Below, piece by piece: positions 1-10,624 of a stretch of 64,000 nt of DNA. The notes beneath the pieces are model-generated. The model ran no database searches, was not told the origin of the DNA, and saw nothing but the letters and a program-made list of their open reading frames with translations. Position numbers and translations under genes: made by a program. This stretch comes from an uncultured bacterium (lineage in GTDB: Bacteria > Spirochaetota > UBA4802 > UB4802), in NCBI GenBank assembly GCA_937920495.1, contig CALEUQ010000025.1:2174-66173 (forward strand). Reading direction: 5' to 3'. The first letter of the stretch is position 1; every line of letters begins with the position of its first letter.

Positions 1-12
1 CTTCGTGTTATT

Positions 13-1911
13 GTGGTAATGATTGTTCTGTCATCGCTTCAGGCTTTTGCCAGCACTATAGTCCTTGATGACACTCAAGATACCTATGACACTACTCCAT
101 ATATGATGATGTTTGAAGATCCAGCCTCACAGCTTTCTGCTGAAGATGTAATCAAAAATGATATAATCACACAGTTTAAAACTAATACCGGTAACGGTAT
201 TAATAAAGGCTATTCAGATTCTTCATGGTGGTTTTCTTTTTCTGTACACAACAGGTCATCCAATACACAATGGTTAGTAGAATTGTCTTTTCCCACGATG
301 GATTATTTTGAATTATACAGCATTGATAAAAAAGGTATTATTACATGTATTGCAAAAGAAGGAGATTTTTTCCCTTTTGATCACAGAAAAATTGCACTTA
401 ATAATTTTATAATCCCATTGACGCTTCGACATAATCAAGAAACTCGCTATCTTGTGCATGTTAAAACCACAAGTGAAGTAATCATCCCTTTAAAATTGAG
501 GACATATTCATCCTTAATTGAACATACTGTTAAAGAATACAGTGGGCTGTGGTTTTATTTTGGAATTATGATAGCAATGTTTCTGTATAATTTATTTTTG
601 TTAATCACATTGCGGGATATCAACTATCTCTACTATATTTTGTATGTGTTGCTTTCAGCCTTAAGTAATATAAGTTTTAACGGTATAGCGTATCAGTTTT
701 TCTGGCCTGATTGGCCATGGTTTCATAATATTTCAATAGTGTTTTTAGGCAACCTTGCTGTTATGTCCTTCATGCTTTTTACCAGAAGCTTCCTTTTAAC
801 GAAAAAATTTCATACAACGTATGACCTTTTGTTAAAAATATTTATTGGTACCATCGTACCGATAGTTATCGCAATTCCATTTGCACCACTGTCTTTTTCA
901 ATAATTTGTTTGAATACTGTGGTGATTTTTGCCACCTTTTTATCTTTAATAGCATGTATAATAGCTATTATACATAAATATAAGCCAGCGTATTTCTATT
1001 TAGCATCAATGGTTGCAGTATTCTTTGGGGTAAGCCTTATAAGTTTAAGAAATTTTGGTATTTTACCTGATATTTTTATTACACGCTATGGTTTTCATCT
1101 TGGTACCAGTATGGATGTCATTTTACTGTCAATAGCACTGGGATATCGCTATAATTTGATAAAGGAAGAAAACGAAAAACTGGTAGTATTACAGAATGAA
1201 ATTGAAATTGCCAGAACAATTTATAATTCTATTGTCCAGACTAAAGTACCAGAATTGCCAAACGTTGCAATAGAATCCGTACTATTGCCTACAGAAGTCA
1301 TTGGTGGCGATATAGCTGAAATCACAAAGATAGATGAAGAAAAAACAGGAATATTTATTGCTGATATCTCAGGCCATGGCATTCCTGCATCAATTGGCGC
1401 TGCGATGGTCAAGATGGCTTGTGCACATGCAAATCAGTATGCAGAATTCCCGGATAAATTTCTTATGTCCATAGAAAATACATTATCAGAAAGGATTGGC
1501 AATCAGTTTATAACAGCTGCATATACTGTGATTGATACAAAACATTTAAAAATAAGCACCAGTAATGCCGGGCATTATCCAATCTTACTATGCAGGGCCA
1601 ATAATTCAGTATTAGAGCTAAGGCCAAAAGGTGGTGCTATTGGTTTTTATCACAATATTTCTTTTGCTGTTGCAGATGAAAATGTAAGCAAAGGCGATAG
1701 GATTATATTGTTTACTGATGGAATAATTGAATTAAGGAATACGAAGGGGCAGTTGTTTGGTCAGGAGCGCCTTGTTGATATTATTCAGGCATACAGGGAA
1801 AAGAGTATCACAGCATTGAAAAATGAAATAGTAGCTGCAGCCTACAGGTGGATTGCCCCCCAAAAAGAATTTGATGATGATTTCACTCTTGTTATTGTCG
1901 AGATAATGTAG
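13..1911 (+). CDS. 7TMR-DISM receptor-linked PP2C-family serine phosphatase (SpoIIE/RsbU-like)
   Basis: The N-terminal signal-like segment is followed by an extracellular domain and then seven hydrophobic helices (res ~180-360). The C-terminal PP2C/SpoIIE region carries DISGHG, AGHYP and FTDG motifs. The ORF begins 12 nt into the window, so the true start could be just upstream. Confidence 0.8.
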   Translation: MVMIVLSSLQAFASTIVLDDTQDTYDTTPYMMMFEDPASQLSAEDVIKNDIITQFKTNTGNGINKGYSDSSWWFSFSVHNRSSNTQWLVELSFPTMDYFELYSIDKKGIITCIAKEGDFFPFDHRKIALNNFIIPLTLRHNQETRYLVHVKTTSEVIIPLKLRTYSSLIEHTVKEYSGLWFYFGIMIAMFLYNLFLLITLRDINYLYYILYVLLSALSNISFNGIAYQFFWPDWPWFHNISIVFLGNLAVMSFMLFTRSFLLTKKFHTTYDLLLKIFIGTIVPIVIAIPFAPLSFSIICLNTVVIFATFLSLIACIIAIIHKYKPAYFYLASMVAVFFGVSLISLRNFGILPDIFITRYGFHLGTSMDVILLSIALGYRYNLIKEENEKLVVLQNEIEIARTIYNSIVQTKVPELPNVAIESVLLPTEVIGGDIAEITKIDEEKTGIFIADISGHGIPASIGAAMVKMACAHANQYAEFPDKFLMSIENTLSERIGNQFITAAYTVIDTKHLKISTSNAGHYPILLCRANNSVLELRPKGGAIGFYHNISFAVADENVSKGDRIILFTDGIIELRNTKGQLFGQERLVDIIQAYREKSITALKNEIVAAAYRWIAPQKEFDDDFTLVIVEIM

Positions 1912-1926
1912 GCGTAATACAGGAAA

Positions 1927-2784
1927 TTATACTATTTCAGTACCTATACCAGCATCGGTAAAAATTTCAAGCAATACTGCGTGTTCCACCCGTCCATCGA
2001 TTATATGGGTTTTGTTTACTCCCTCTGTAAGGGCACTAAGACAGCAGTTTACTTTTGGTATCATGCCGCCGGTTATCTTATTGCTAACAATAAGATTATT
2101 CACTTCCTCTTTCCGCAATGTGGATACAAGGGTATTGTCAATCTTGATCCCTTCAACATCAGTTAAAAGTATTAGTTTTTCTGCTTTAAGTGCTTCAGCC
2201 AGTTTTCCCGCTGCAATATCAGCATTAATGTTATACGTTACTCCATTTTCATCACAACCAATTGGAGCAATGACAGGGATGAATTTTTCTCTATCTAACG
2301 TTTCAATTATTAAAGGATTGACCCTGGTTATGGTTCCTACCTGCCCAATATCCATCTTTTCGCCATTCACGTCATGGTAAATTTTTTGAGCAACAAAGAG
2401 ATTCCCATCTTTTCCCGATAAACCAACTGCTTTTCCACCAGCAAGATTAATATAATTAACTATCTCCTTATTTACTTTTCCCACAAGCACCATTTCTACA
2501 ATCTCCATAGTGGGAGCATCAGTAACGCGCATGCCACCAACAAAAGAACTCTCAACGCCCACCTGTTTGAGCAGTGTATTAATCTGAGGCCCGCCACCAT
2601 GAACTATCACCGGGTTTATGCCAACGTATTTTAACAACACCATATCCTGCGCAAATGAACGTTTTCCTTCATCAGTTTCCATGGCATGGCCGCCATATTT
2701 TATAACGATGGTCTTGCCGTAAAATTCTTTGATGTATGGAAATGATTCAATAAGGGTATTAACTTTTTCAATGTATCGTTTCAT
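1927..2784 (-). CDS. argB: acetylglutamate kinase
   Basis: Amino-acid kinase fold with a VIKYGG..M N-terminus and the GGGPQIN motif. Length is 285 aa. It is convergent with the upstream + gene at a 15-bp gap. Confidence 0.9.
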   Translation of the reverse strand: MKRYIEKVNTLIESFPYIKEFYGKTIVIKYGGHAMETDEGKRSFAQDMVLLKYVGINPVIVHGGGPQINTLLKQVGVESSFVGGMRVTDAPTMEIVEMVLVGKVNKEIVNYINLAGGKAVGLSGKDGNLFVAQKIYHDVNGEKMDIGQVGTITRVNPLIIETLDREKFIPVIAPIGCDENGVTYNINADIAAGKLAEALKAEKLILLTDVEGIKIDNTLVSTLRKEEVNNLIVSNKITGGMIPKVNCCLSALTEGVNKTHIIDGRVEHAVLLEIFTDAGIGTEIV

Positions 2785-4172
2785 GAAATATATACCTCTT
2801 TTTGCTGTGGTAGTAAAAGTGTAGCCGGCACATCATCAGGTTCAACTGCACATAATGGCGAAATCTCTATTTTTTCAACAACTTTTGGGATTGGTATATT
2901 TTTTTGTATTAACCATTGTGTATAAAGGTTTATCATCAGTTCCTGAGCAGTTTCAACCGAGTCAACACCTGTTTTGTTTTTAACCGGAGCAAACTCTTCT
3001 TCACGTTTTGTTTCAAGGATAAAATTATGTTCAGTTAAAGGGAGCGCGTCAAAAACAAACTTTTCAAATTTATACCCGGTGATATGAATTTTCCCTTCAG
3101 GTGAATACTTTGGTATAGATTTTTTTGCAACATGAAAAGGTAGAGTGACATTGCCCTTTGTTATATTTTCAATAAAATGAGTGTTAAAAAGGTGAATTGC
3201 GATACTTCCTGCAAGGTAGCGCAGATTGCCGTGCTCATCTTTTTCATTTTGCTTTTCCGGTGGCAGGTCGGAATATTCAACAACGCCAATCCTGCCATTT
3301 GAAAATTTTACAAACACACCTATCTTTTCTTCCGGGTAAGCTTTTTTCAATGCTTTGCTTGAAACTTCAGCATTTCGTTTTACGTGAAAACCTATGAACA
3401 CAGGATCAATGATTCGTACTAACGGGTTATCCACCTGAAAGTAAGAAAGAATTTCAATGCCCATATCCATAAGTTTTGAAAGCGTGCCAGACTGATATAA
3501 TGCAGTAAGACTCCCGCCATGGCCATCCGGATTTCTGAAAATGGAATAAGGTGTTTCCAGTATCAGTTTTCCGTTTTCGTCAAGGGATGGGATCATGTTT
3601 TGCGTAAATATGAAGACGTTGTCCTTATTCAGATTAAAAAATTTATTTTTTTCAAAATACTCAACGGTTGCATCATGATTTGCTTCTGATGTCATAATAC
3701 ACCATGGTATTTCAACATTAAACTTTTTTTCATAGGCTTTGATCTTCTCGGCATGTATCTGAAACAAAGTTTTGTTGCTCACCGGCCCTATTGGCAGCAT
3801 GCCTTTTGGACCATCAAATCCTAATCGGCTTCCCTGTCCACCTGCCACCACAAATGCAGCAACCTTGCCATTCTTTATAGTTTCAATGCCAATCGCTCGG
3901 GCGTTATCAAAATCTTTACGTTCTTCCGGGGTTTGTGGCAGGCCAGTAAAAGGGGCGGGCTCAAAACCCATAGGTATAACCTGCTTTTTTGTAAGAGCAT
4001 ACAGATTCTCAAGTTCTTCAAAATTTATGTGCGATAGTTCCTGTAAAAGATGCTTTTGCCTGTCAGGGGTCAGAGCATCCCAGAAAGCAAATACATGCTC
4101 ATTGCCTGTGCGATACACTTTTTCTATTGTATTCTGGTAACCTTCAACGTAAATCATAATATACCCTTCCAT
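2781..4172 (-). CDS. UDP-N-acetylglucosamine / UDP-sugar pyrophosphorylase of the eukaryotic UAP1 type
   Basis: It carries the [10 protein letters not shown] nucleotide-binding loop, LPIGP and PDGHGG motifs, and is 463 aa long. Its stop overlaps the argB start by 4 nt, which suggests translational coupling. Confidence 0.75.
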   Translation of the reverse strand: MEGYIMIYVEGYQNTIEKVYRTGNEHVFAFWDALTPDRQKHLLQELSHINFEELENLYALTKKQVIPMGFEPAPFTGLPQTPEERKDFDNARAIGIETIKNGKVAAFVVAGGQGSRLGFDGPKGMLPIGPVSNKTLFQIHAEKIKAYEKKFNVEIPWCIMTSEANHDATVEYFEKNKFFNLNKDNVFIFTQNMIPSLDENGKLILETPYSIFRNPDGHGGSLTALYQSGTLSKLMDMGIEILSYFQVDNPLVRIIDPVFIGFHVKRNAEVSSKALKKAYPEEKIGVFVKFSNGRIGVVEYSDLPPEKQNEKDEHGNLRYLAGSIAIHLFNTHFIENITKGNVTLPFHVAKKSIPKYSPEGKIHITGYKFEKFVFDALPLTEHNFILETKREEEFAPVKNKTGVDSVETAQELMINLYTQWLIQKNIPIPKVVEKIEISPLCAVEPDDVPATLLLPQQKEVYIS

Positions 4173-4361
4173 CAGAACATGTATTTATTTTTATAGTAGC
4201 AAACTATACCAGTATTTCACAAAAAAAGCATCACGTACAATCAGGAATTATTTATTACAATGTACTATATGAATAATCTAGTGTAAGCCTACCGCTTAAA
4301 GAGTTTGAAGCAATATTATTTTTCTGCAATTTCTAAGTCAGCTAAACTATTTATCCTGGAT

Positions 4362-5066
4362 CTATTCCCAATGAAATGATTTCACTATAAGCAAAGTAAC
4401 ACCTTTAAATGTGTGCTCATCCTTTTCGTTATTAGGATCATCAGTGTCGTAGTTTGATTGTATGAACTGATATCGGTAGCCAATTGATGTGGTTAACCCT
4501 GTTGATGCCGCATAATACGCCAGCTGTGCAGCTATATTATATCCATATTCAATAAAATCTTTTGTGCCATCATTATCTTTGTGGCTTCCCCACAGATACA
4601 AAGCTGAAAGATTGCCTAAAAAATAAAAATTATTAATAACTGGAATAGTTAGCCCAATACCACCACCAGGCCCTGCACCACGATGTTTGCCATCCTTAAA
4701 TTCAAAGCCTAAATATTTGCCGCCAAAGAAAAATTTTATGTATCTCATCAATTGATAATTTAATGCCAGGTCAGCATCATATCGTCTGATATCAGTTGTT
4801 TCGCTATTGCTACTTGGCATCTCATACGGTGATGGGGTGAATAGTGCTACCAGTGTGGTGCTCCATGCCTGGGCAAATTGATATGAAAGAGATGGCCCAA
4901 TATAAAACACAGGATCCATTGTAGATGTTTTTTGATTAGTTCTGTCCGGATTGTACATCTTCCAGTCAGCATACCATCCAGATATACCAATGCCTACATC
5001 TGATGCATATAGTGAAGAAGCAACAAGAAGTATAACAGTCAGGATACTGGGTATACGCAATTTCAT
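4362..5066 (-). CDS. secreted / outer-membrane protein (putative small beta-barrel)
   Basis: It has a signal peptide (MKLRIPSILTVILLVASSLYASD) and alternating aromatic/Gly-rich strands. No catalytic motifs were seen. Confidence 0.45.
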   Translation of the reverse strand: MKLRIPSILTVILLVASSLYASDVGIGISGWYADWKMYNPDRTNQKTSTMDPVFYIGPSLSYQFAQAWSTTLVALFTPSPYEMPSSNSETTDIRRYDADLALNYQLMRYIKFFFGGKYLGFEFKDGKHRGAGPGGGIGLTIPVINNFYFLGNLSALYLWGSHKDNDGTKDFIEYGYNIAAQLAYYAASTGLTTSIGYRYQFIQSNYDTDDPNNEKDEHTFKGVTLLIVKSFHWE

Positions 5067-5257
5067 GGGTACCTCCGAATATGTATATCGAAATTGTGCA
5101 AAGGCTATAAATCTTTGGTCACGGAATACAAACGTTACTTATGCAATATTTTCTAGTGGCAGCTTTTAAATATGGAGTCAGTCTTAATCCTTAGTTAAGG
5201 TAAAGAATATTTATAAAATGTCAATGCATTTTATGGAAAATTATGATATAAGGATAT

Positions 5258-6445
5258 TTACAATCCCTTTACAAAATCTTCCATGCGGTTCATTGCTTCT
5301 TTGAGCTGTTCCATGGATGTTGCGTAGGCACAGCGTATATGGTTGTCATACGCGCTTCCAAATGCAGTTCCCGGTACCACTGCAACCTTGTGGCTTTTTA
5401 AAAGCTTGAGAGCAAAATCACGCGATGATAGCCCGGTTTTTGATATATCAGGAAACGCGTAAAACGCACCTTTTGGTGGCAGGCACGGCAACCCCATTTC
5501 ATTTAATCGCGCAGTGATGAAGTTTCGGCGTTTTAAATACTGTGAACGCATGGAAGCAACGTCACGCTGTCCCCGTTGTATGGCTTCCAGTGCTGCGTAC
5601 TGCGCAATGGAAGGAGCGCATAGCGCAGTGTACTGATGAATTTTATTCATAGCAGCAATGATAGCTTCAGGTCCACATGCGTAGCCAAGCCTCCAGCCTG
5701 TCATAGCATATGCTTTGGAGAAGCCGTTTAAATAAATTGTCCGCTGTGCCATTCCGGGTATGGATATTATGGAAAAATGTTCCTCATCATAGGTTATTGC
5801 ATCGTAGATTTCATCCGATATCACAATCAGGTTGTTGGCAATAGCTAAAGCAGCTATTGCTTCTAAAGTAGTTTTATTAATGGAAGCGCCCGTAGGATTT
5901 GACGGGTAATTCAGCATAATTGCCTTTGTTTTGCTGGTAATAGCTTTTTTAAGCGCATCAATGTCAATGGTAAAACCATCTTTAAAATGTGTGGCGATAG
6001 CAACCGCTTTTCCATACGCCAATTTAATGGTTGCTGCATATGAAACGTAACATGGTTCAAAGTAGATAATCTCATCACCTGGATTAACGATGCTTCGCAA
6101 TGCGATATCAAGCCCTTCGCTGACACCAATGGTTATAAGCACCTGCGTTTCAGGATTATATTCAACGTTGTGATTTTTGTTGATAGCTGCTGCAATCGAC
6201 TGACGAAGCTCAAACAAACCTTTGTTGGATGTGTAATGAGTATTACCATCTTTTATGGCATAAATGCCTGAATCAGAGATACGCCAGGGTGTTACAAAAT
6301 CGGGTTCACCAACCCCCAGCGATATACAGTCGGGGGTGTTGTATACAATATCAAAGAATTCACGGATTCCGGAAGGTGGCAAGGTCTTCACATTATCCGA
6401 GATATGATCTTCCACACTGTGTGATTTTAACAGATGCAGTTTCAT
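5258..6445 (-). CDS. PLP-dependent aminotransferase, class I (aspartate/aromatic family)
   Basis: It has the NYPSNPTG motif and the SKAYAMTGWRLGY PLP-lysine region. Length is 395 aa. Confidence 0.85.
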   Translation of the reverse strand: MKLHLLKSHSVEDHISDNVKTLPPSGIREFFDIVYNTPDCISLGVGEPDFVTPWRISDSGIYAIKDGNTHYTSNKGLFELRQSIAAAINKNHNVEYNPETQVLITIGVSEGLDIALRSIVNPGDEIIYFEPCYVSYAATIKLAYGKAVAIATHFKDGFTIDIDALKKAITSKTKAIMLNYPSNPTGASINKTTLEAIAALAIANNLIVISDEIYDAITYDEEHFSIISIPGMAQRTIYLNGFSKAYAMTGWRLGYACGPEAIIAAMNKIHQYTALCAPSIAQYAALEAIQRGQRDVASMRSQYLKRRNFITARLNEMGLPCLPPKGAFYAFPDISKTGLSSRDFALKLLKSHKVAVVPGTAFGSAYDNHIRCAYATSMEQLKEAMNRMEDFVKGL

Positions 6446-6590
6446 AGAAAACTCCGCAAAAAAGATACGTTAACAATAAATGGTACGCTCAAGTAGTGCG
6501 ATGCGACTTTTACATATTAATAAAATATATTATACAATATTGTATATAATTATGCAATAAAAATTTAATAATTAATGCAAATCCATTTAA

Positions 6591-6800
6591 TCACATAGCA
6601 GCACTTTTTTCCTGAGTATGTGGTTGTGGCAGTGGAGATGTTTTGTACACCACAACATAGATGATTAAGGATGCCACCAGTATAAGAAATATCGACAAAA
6701 TTTTGAATCTGCGTAGTATAAATCCTGCAATAGCAATCAATATACCAGCAAAGATAATTGCAGCTGTAGAATTGTGTAAAATATATGAAGTTATATCCAT
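6591..6800 (-). CDS. small membrane protein (two predicted TM helices)
   Basis: A 69-aa ORF with two hydrophobic stretches, non-overlapping, immediately downstream of glpX on the same strand. Confidence 0.3.
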   Translation of the reverse strand: MDITSYILHNSTAAIIFAGILIAIAGFILRRFKILSIFLILVASLIIYVVVYKTSPLPQPHTQEKSAAM

Positions 6801-6818
6801 AGTTACTATCTCCAGAAT

Positions 6819-7784
6819 TTAATATACGGGTTTGTAGTCAAAACGATGAATTGCGGTGATGTAACGGATGGTATGCGTTTTATACCGCATAATTATTGAA
6901 TGCGTCTTTGCACCACCAGCCATAAACCTCACACCAGGTAAAAGCTCACCGTCGGAGATGCCGGTTGCTGAGAACATGATATTCTCGCCCTTTGCCAGAT
7001 CGGACAATGTGTAAATTTTATCTAAATCGGTAATACCTAAGGCTTTGACCAGCTCTTTGTCCCTTTCATCGCGATAGACAAACCGTGCCTGCATGTCGCC
7101 ATCAAGACACTTAAGTGCAGCGGCGGAAAGTATACCTTCACGTGCACCACCAACACCCATAAGCATGTCAATGGGAGTATCGTCAAGTGCAGTGGCGATA
7201 GCTCCTGAGATGTCGCCATCTTTTATTAACTTAATCCTTGCCCCAAGTGCGCGTATGCGTTCAACCAGCTCGCGATGGCGTTCACGATCTAATATACACA
7301 CGGTAATGTCTTCGATATATTTGCCTTTTGCACGCGCAACGCGTTTGATGTTGACTTCAGGAGATTGTGTAATATCAATAACACCGCGGCCTTCTTTGCC
7401 CACAGCAATTTTTTCCATATAAATTGGGGGCGCATTGAGCATGGACCCATGTTCTGCAATGGCAATAGCGGAAATGGTGTTATACCCACCCTGTGCAAGT
7501 GTTGCGTGACCGTCTATAGGGGTCAGAGCAATATCAACTTGGGGTTGGTCAGCATGGCCCAGTATTCTACCATTAGATAGTGGCGAATCAGGATTATTGA
7601 CGCCAGAAATAATATGGCCTTTAAATGATACGGTTGAAAAAACCTTTGACATGGCTTCAACAGCATTTTTTGAAGCAAGTGCTTCATCGCCTCTGCCATA
7701 GTAACGCGCAGCCCACAATGCTGCTGCCTCAGTAACACGAACAACTTCCAGTGCTAAATTGCGATCCATAGTGTACTCCATCAC
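6819..7784 (-). CDS. glpX: fructose-1,6-bisphosphatase class II
   Basis: It starts MDRNLALEVVRVTEAAALWAARYYGRGD and has the DGDISG and DPIDGT-like motifs typical of GlpX. The likely true start is the internal Met near 7769. Confidence 0.9.
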   Translation of the reverse strand: MMEYTMDRNLALEVVRVTEAAALWAARYYGRGDEALASKNAVEAMSKVFSTVSFKGHIISGVNNPDSPLSNGRILGHADQPQVDIALTPIDGHATLAQGGYNTISAIAIAEHGSMLNAPPIYMEKIAVGKEGRGVIDITQSPEVNIKRVARAKGKYIEDITVCILDRERHRELVERIRALGARIKLIKDGDISGAIATALDDTPIDMLMGVGGAREGILSAAALKCLDGDMQARFVYRDERDKELVKALGITDLDKIYTLSDLAKGENIMFSATGISDGELLPGVRFMAGGAKTHSIIMRYKTHTIRYITAIHRFDYKPVY

Positions 7785-7845
7785 CTGATGTACATATAGT
7801 TCATATCAGTATGATTGTAGTCAAAAATTGTCAAATTAATATTTA

Positions 7846-9009
7846 TTAAAATAATTTCAGCAATGATGCTATTGTTGCCTTTTTTTGTTGTATGTAGGTT
7901 GCACTATATGGTGATGAGTGTATACTGCGCTTTTGTGCTATGGCTGTATACTGAGAATTTAGTGTAGCAAGATACCGCTTACCCTGAGGCTCTAACACTG
8001 AAACTTTTGTTATGGGCAGTATGAAAAGACGACTGTATAGCGTGGAAGCAATGGAAAAAAGGTCAGGGGATATAAGTGCTTCGTCGCTTTCAACGGTAGT
8101 TGGCGTTAGTTTGTTTTTAGAGTTATCGAATAGCGTGATAAATGCATTGTTCAGGAAGATAGCAGTGTGTGCTGTCATATGCAGGGAAGGATTAAATGAA
8201 CCAGATAAAATTTTCTGTGTTTTACCGGTGTGCAATGAATACAGGCTCACAGTATAGCCTCCGGGAAAACCTCCGGTATAGAATGCGGTGGTATCAGCAA
8301 CAAAAATCTCAGCCGGGGTTATGGCGGTAAATAGCTTTTTCCATGACTGGTTGATGTGCATATAGACATCGTAATTACCGGATGTGCCGCTTAAAAAAAG
8401 CCTGTGGATACTGTAATCACAGATCACAGTGTTTTCATCCCACTGGGGTGCTTTCTCCTTACAAAGGATTTCTTTTTCCCGGTAACTATCGCACATAATT
8501 TCAATAATGCAGTTATTGTTCCTATAGTAGAATAAATTTCCGTCGTGGGAAAATGAATAATCTATGCCTGCTGATGCAGTGTTGAGAATTTTACTTTTTT
8601 TCTTTTTAATATCATACAACATCAGTACCGGTTGCGGTATTGTATCGGTGCTGAAATATTTTATGGCAATATATAAACCATTACCTGCGGTGCGTGCAGA
8701 TATCACGGTTCCTTTGAACTGATATACAGTAATTTTTTTACGTGTTGTAATATTGGCAACAATGACGGAATTGTTGGTGCCGGTTTCTTTTATATATATG
8801 ACTTCTTTTCCGTTAAGCCACGCTGCATACGCAATACCGGAATCAATAAATTGCGCTCCAATGCTCTGGTAGTAATCAAGTCGGGTGAAAAATAATGTAT
8901 GGTATTCAGCCGAAGATGTATTGATGTATACCGAATCAAGCGGTATACCACGGGCATACAGTGGCAGCCTGAGAGCAAAACACAAAAGGATAATACACAC
9001 ACAACGCAT
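7846..9009 (-). CDS. secreted protein of unknown function (possible beta-propeller)
   Basis: It has a signal peptide and repeated Gly/aromatic strands. No recognisable motif. Confidence 0.4.
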   Translation of the reverse strand: MRCVCIILLCFALRLPLYARGIPLDSVYINTSSAEYHTLFFTRLDYYQSIGAQFIDSGIAYAAWLNGKEVIYIKETGTNNSVIVANITTRKKITVYQFKGTVISARTAGNGLYIAIKYFSTDTIPQPVLMLYDIKKKKSKILNTASAGIDYSFSHDGNLFYYRNNNCIIEIMCDSYREKEILCKEKAPQWDENTVICDYSIHRLFLSGTSGNYDVYMHINQSWKKLFTAITPAEIFVADTTAFYTGGFPGGYTVSLYSLHTGKTQKILSGSFNPSLHMTAHTAIFLNNAFITLFDNSKNKLTPTTVESDEALISPDLFSIASTLYSRLFILPITKVSVLEPQGKRYLATLNSQYTAIAQKRSIHSSPYSATYIQQKKATIASLLKLF

Positions 9010-9030
9010 TGGCTACTATAGTGTGACGGT

Positions 9031-10260
9031 TCAGTTAGATTGCGCTTTTTCCCGGGTGCTTACTTCCTGTTTATCCTTTTCCAGTGACGGGATTATAAAC
9101 CGCTGTCCGGGGAAGATCAAATCAGGATCTTTGATCTGATCCTTATTAGCAATATAAATTAATGGCCACAGCCTTGCATTGTTATATACTTTCAGGGCTA
9201 TACGCCACAGGCAATCACGGGCTTTTGGGTTGTACTGAACAATGTATTCTTTGTATTCCTTCTTTGGTTCTTCTTTAGCTATTGACTCTTCCTCTTTGGC
9301 CTCTTGTTGCATTGCAAGTGCTTGCTCTTTCTTTTCCATTGCTATGAGCATTGAATTGAGTATTGTGATAGCCTGCTGGGATGCGTCATACGAATCAATA
9401 TAATTTTCTTTTGAAAAGAGGTTCTGGCTCTCTGCAATAAGCTTTTCGGCTTCAGTAAGTGTTTCTGCCAGTTCCTGTGAGCTTTCCCTTTCACTGACCT
9501 GTGTGTACAGGCTTTTTGCAGCTTCAAGGGATTCTAAAGCCTTGCCTTTTTCAATAGCCGCTTTTGCCAGTGCCAAGGATTCTTTTGCCACCTGCATTGC
9601 TGCAACTGCAGCAACTATATTCTGTTCTTCAAGTTTTGTTGTGGCTTCGTTAATTTTTTGTTCTGTTAATGACAATTCGCCTTTTGCAAATTCATCACCA
9701 CGCTGGGTACGCAATGACTCCTTTTCATTTTCCATTACTACAAGCTGTTCTTTAAGTTGAGGAATCATTGCGATGGATTTTGCTTTTGCTTCATTTGCAA
9801 AACCTATTGCTTCCTTTGATTTTTGTATGGATTGGCGATAGTTCTTATCGGTATTAAGCTGTGTTGCCTGATTCAAAGCACTTTCAGCCTGTGCATATTC
9901 AATATTTGCAAATTCTTTTGCATTGAGCATTTCAGCCTGTTGCACGCTTTCGGTGGCCATTGCAAGCATATCAGCAGAATATGGTGGTAGGGATTTTTCA
10001 ATTGCTTTCTGCGATTCTGCCTGCGATTCAACTGATTTTTCTTTGGCATCTTTTATTTTATCTTCTTTAAGAAGTGAATGCGTGTCATATAAATATTGTT
10101 TTGCTTTTTCAAGTTCATCGGGAGCATATTTATCTGCTTTTACTTCTTCAGCTTCAGTAATACCATAACGGGCTTTGGACATATCCTTAATGGGTAGGTC
10201 TGATGCACAGCCAATGAAAAGTGCAATGCAAAGTGGTATATACAGAAAAATATTTCTCAT
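9031..10260 (-). CDS. lipoprotein with long coiled-coil region and C-terminal LysM domain
   Basis: It has a lipobox-like LFIGCAS, helical A/E/K-rich repeats, and a C-terminal LysM (YIVQYNPKARDCLWRIALKVYNNARLWPLIYIANKDQIKDPDLIFPGQRFIIP). Confidence 0.6.
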   Translation of the reverse strand: MRNIFLYIPLCIALFIGCASDLPIKDMSKARYGITEAEEVKADKYAPDELEKAKQYLYDTHSLLKEDKIKDAKEKSVESQAESQKAIEKSLPPYSADMLAMATESVQQAEMLNAKEFANIEYAQAESALNQATQLNTDKNYRQSIQKSKEAIGFANEAKAKSIAMIPQLKEQLVVMENEKESLRTQRGDEFAKGELSLTEQKINEATTKLEEQNIVAAVAAMQVAKESLALAKAAIEKGKALESLEAAKSLYTQVSERESSQELAETLTEAEKLIAESQNLFSKENYIDSYDASQQAITILNSMLIAMEKKEQALAMQQEAKEEESIAKEEPKKEYKEYIVQYNPKARDCLWRIALKVYNNARLWPLIYIANKDQIKDPDLIFPGQRFIIPSLEKDKQEVSTREKAQSN

Positions 10261-10404
10261 GGCGACTGTCTCCTTACAAATTTTTATAGTATTGATTTTA
10301 TGAGAATGTCAACGTTTAAGTAATAAATAACGTATGTAGCATAAAATATCAAGATATATTTTTAATATTTTTGTGGTGTAATAGTTTTTTTGGAAATTTT
10401 ATTG

Positions 10405-10440
10405 TTGACATGAAAATACTGACATGTCAGTATTATAAAT
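10405..10440 (+). promoter_or_regulatory. TTGACA -35-like hexamer followed by perfect 20-bp palindrome AATACTGACATGTCAGTATT and TATAAAT
   Basis: TTGACA is at 10405-10410, the palindrome at 10415-10434 and TATAAAT at 10434-10440. It sits in the divergent intergenic region between the LysM lipoprotein and 7TMR-DISM MCP genes. Confidence 0.4.
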
Positions 10441-10624
10441 AATAGTTAACAATTCTTACAGTATGGTGTAGATAATTACATATGCCACTCTTTACAACTA
10501 TGAAGAATTCAGTTTCTTTTAGTATGGTATTTACGTAAATGTTTTAAGATGATTAAGTGTTGATTGTTCAGAACTATATATAATCAGACTCAGTTACTTA
10601 TAATTATATTTCATTTGTTGTACT

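Noticed and set aside
1221-4140. Multiple 60-122-aa ORFs antisense to the PP2C, argB and UAP genes
   Set aside because: They are fully embedded in longer, motif-supported genes on the opposite strand, which is typical of shadow ORFs.
4290-4320. Weak hairpin plus T-run on the plus strand in the 4173-4361 intergenic region
   Set aside because: The stem is only ~4 bp and there is no upstream plus-strand gene to terminate.
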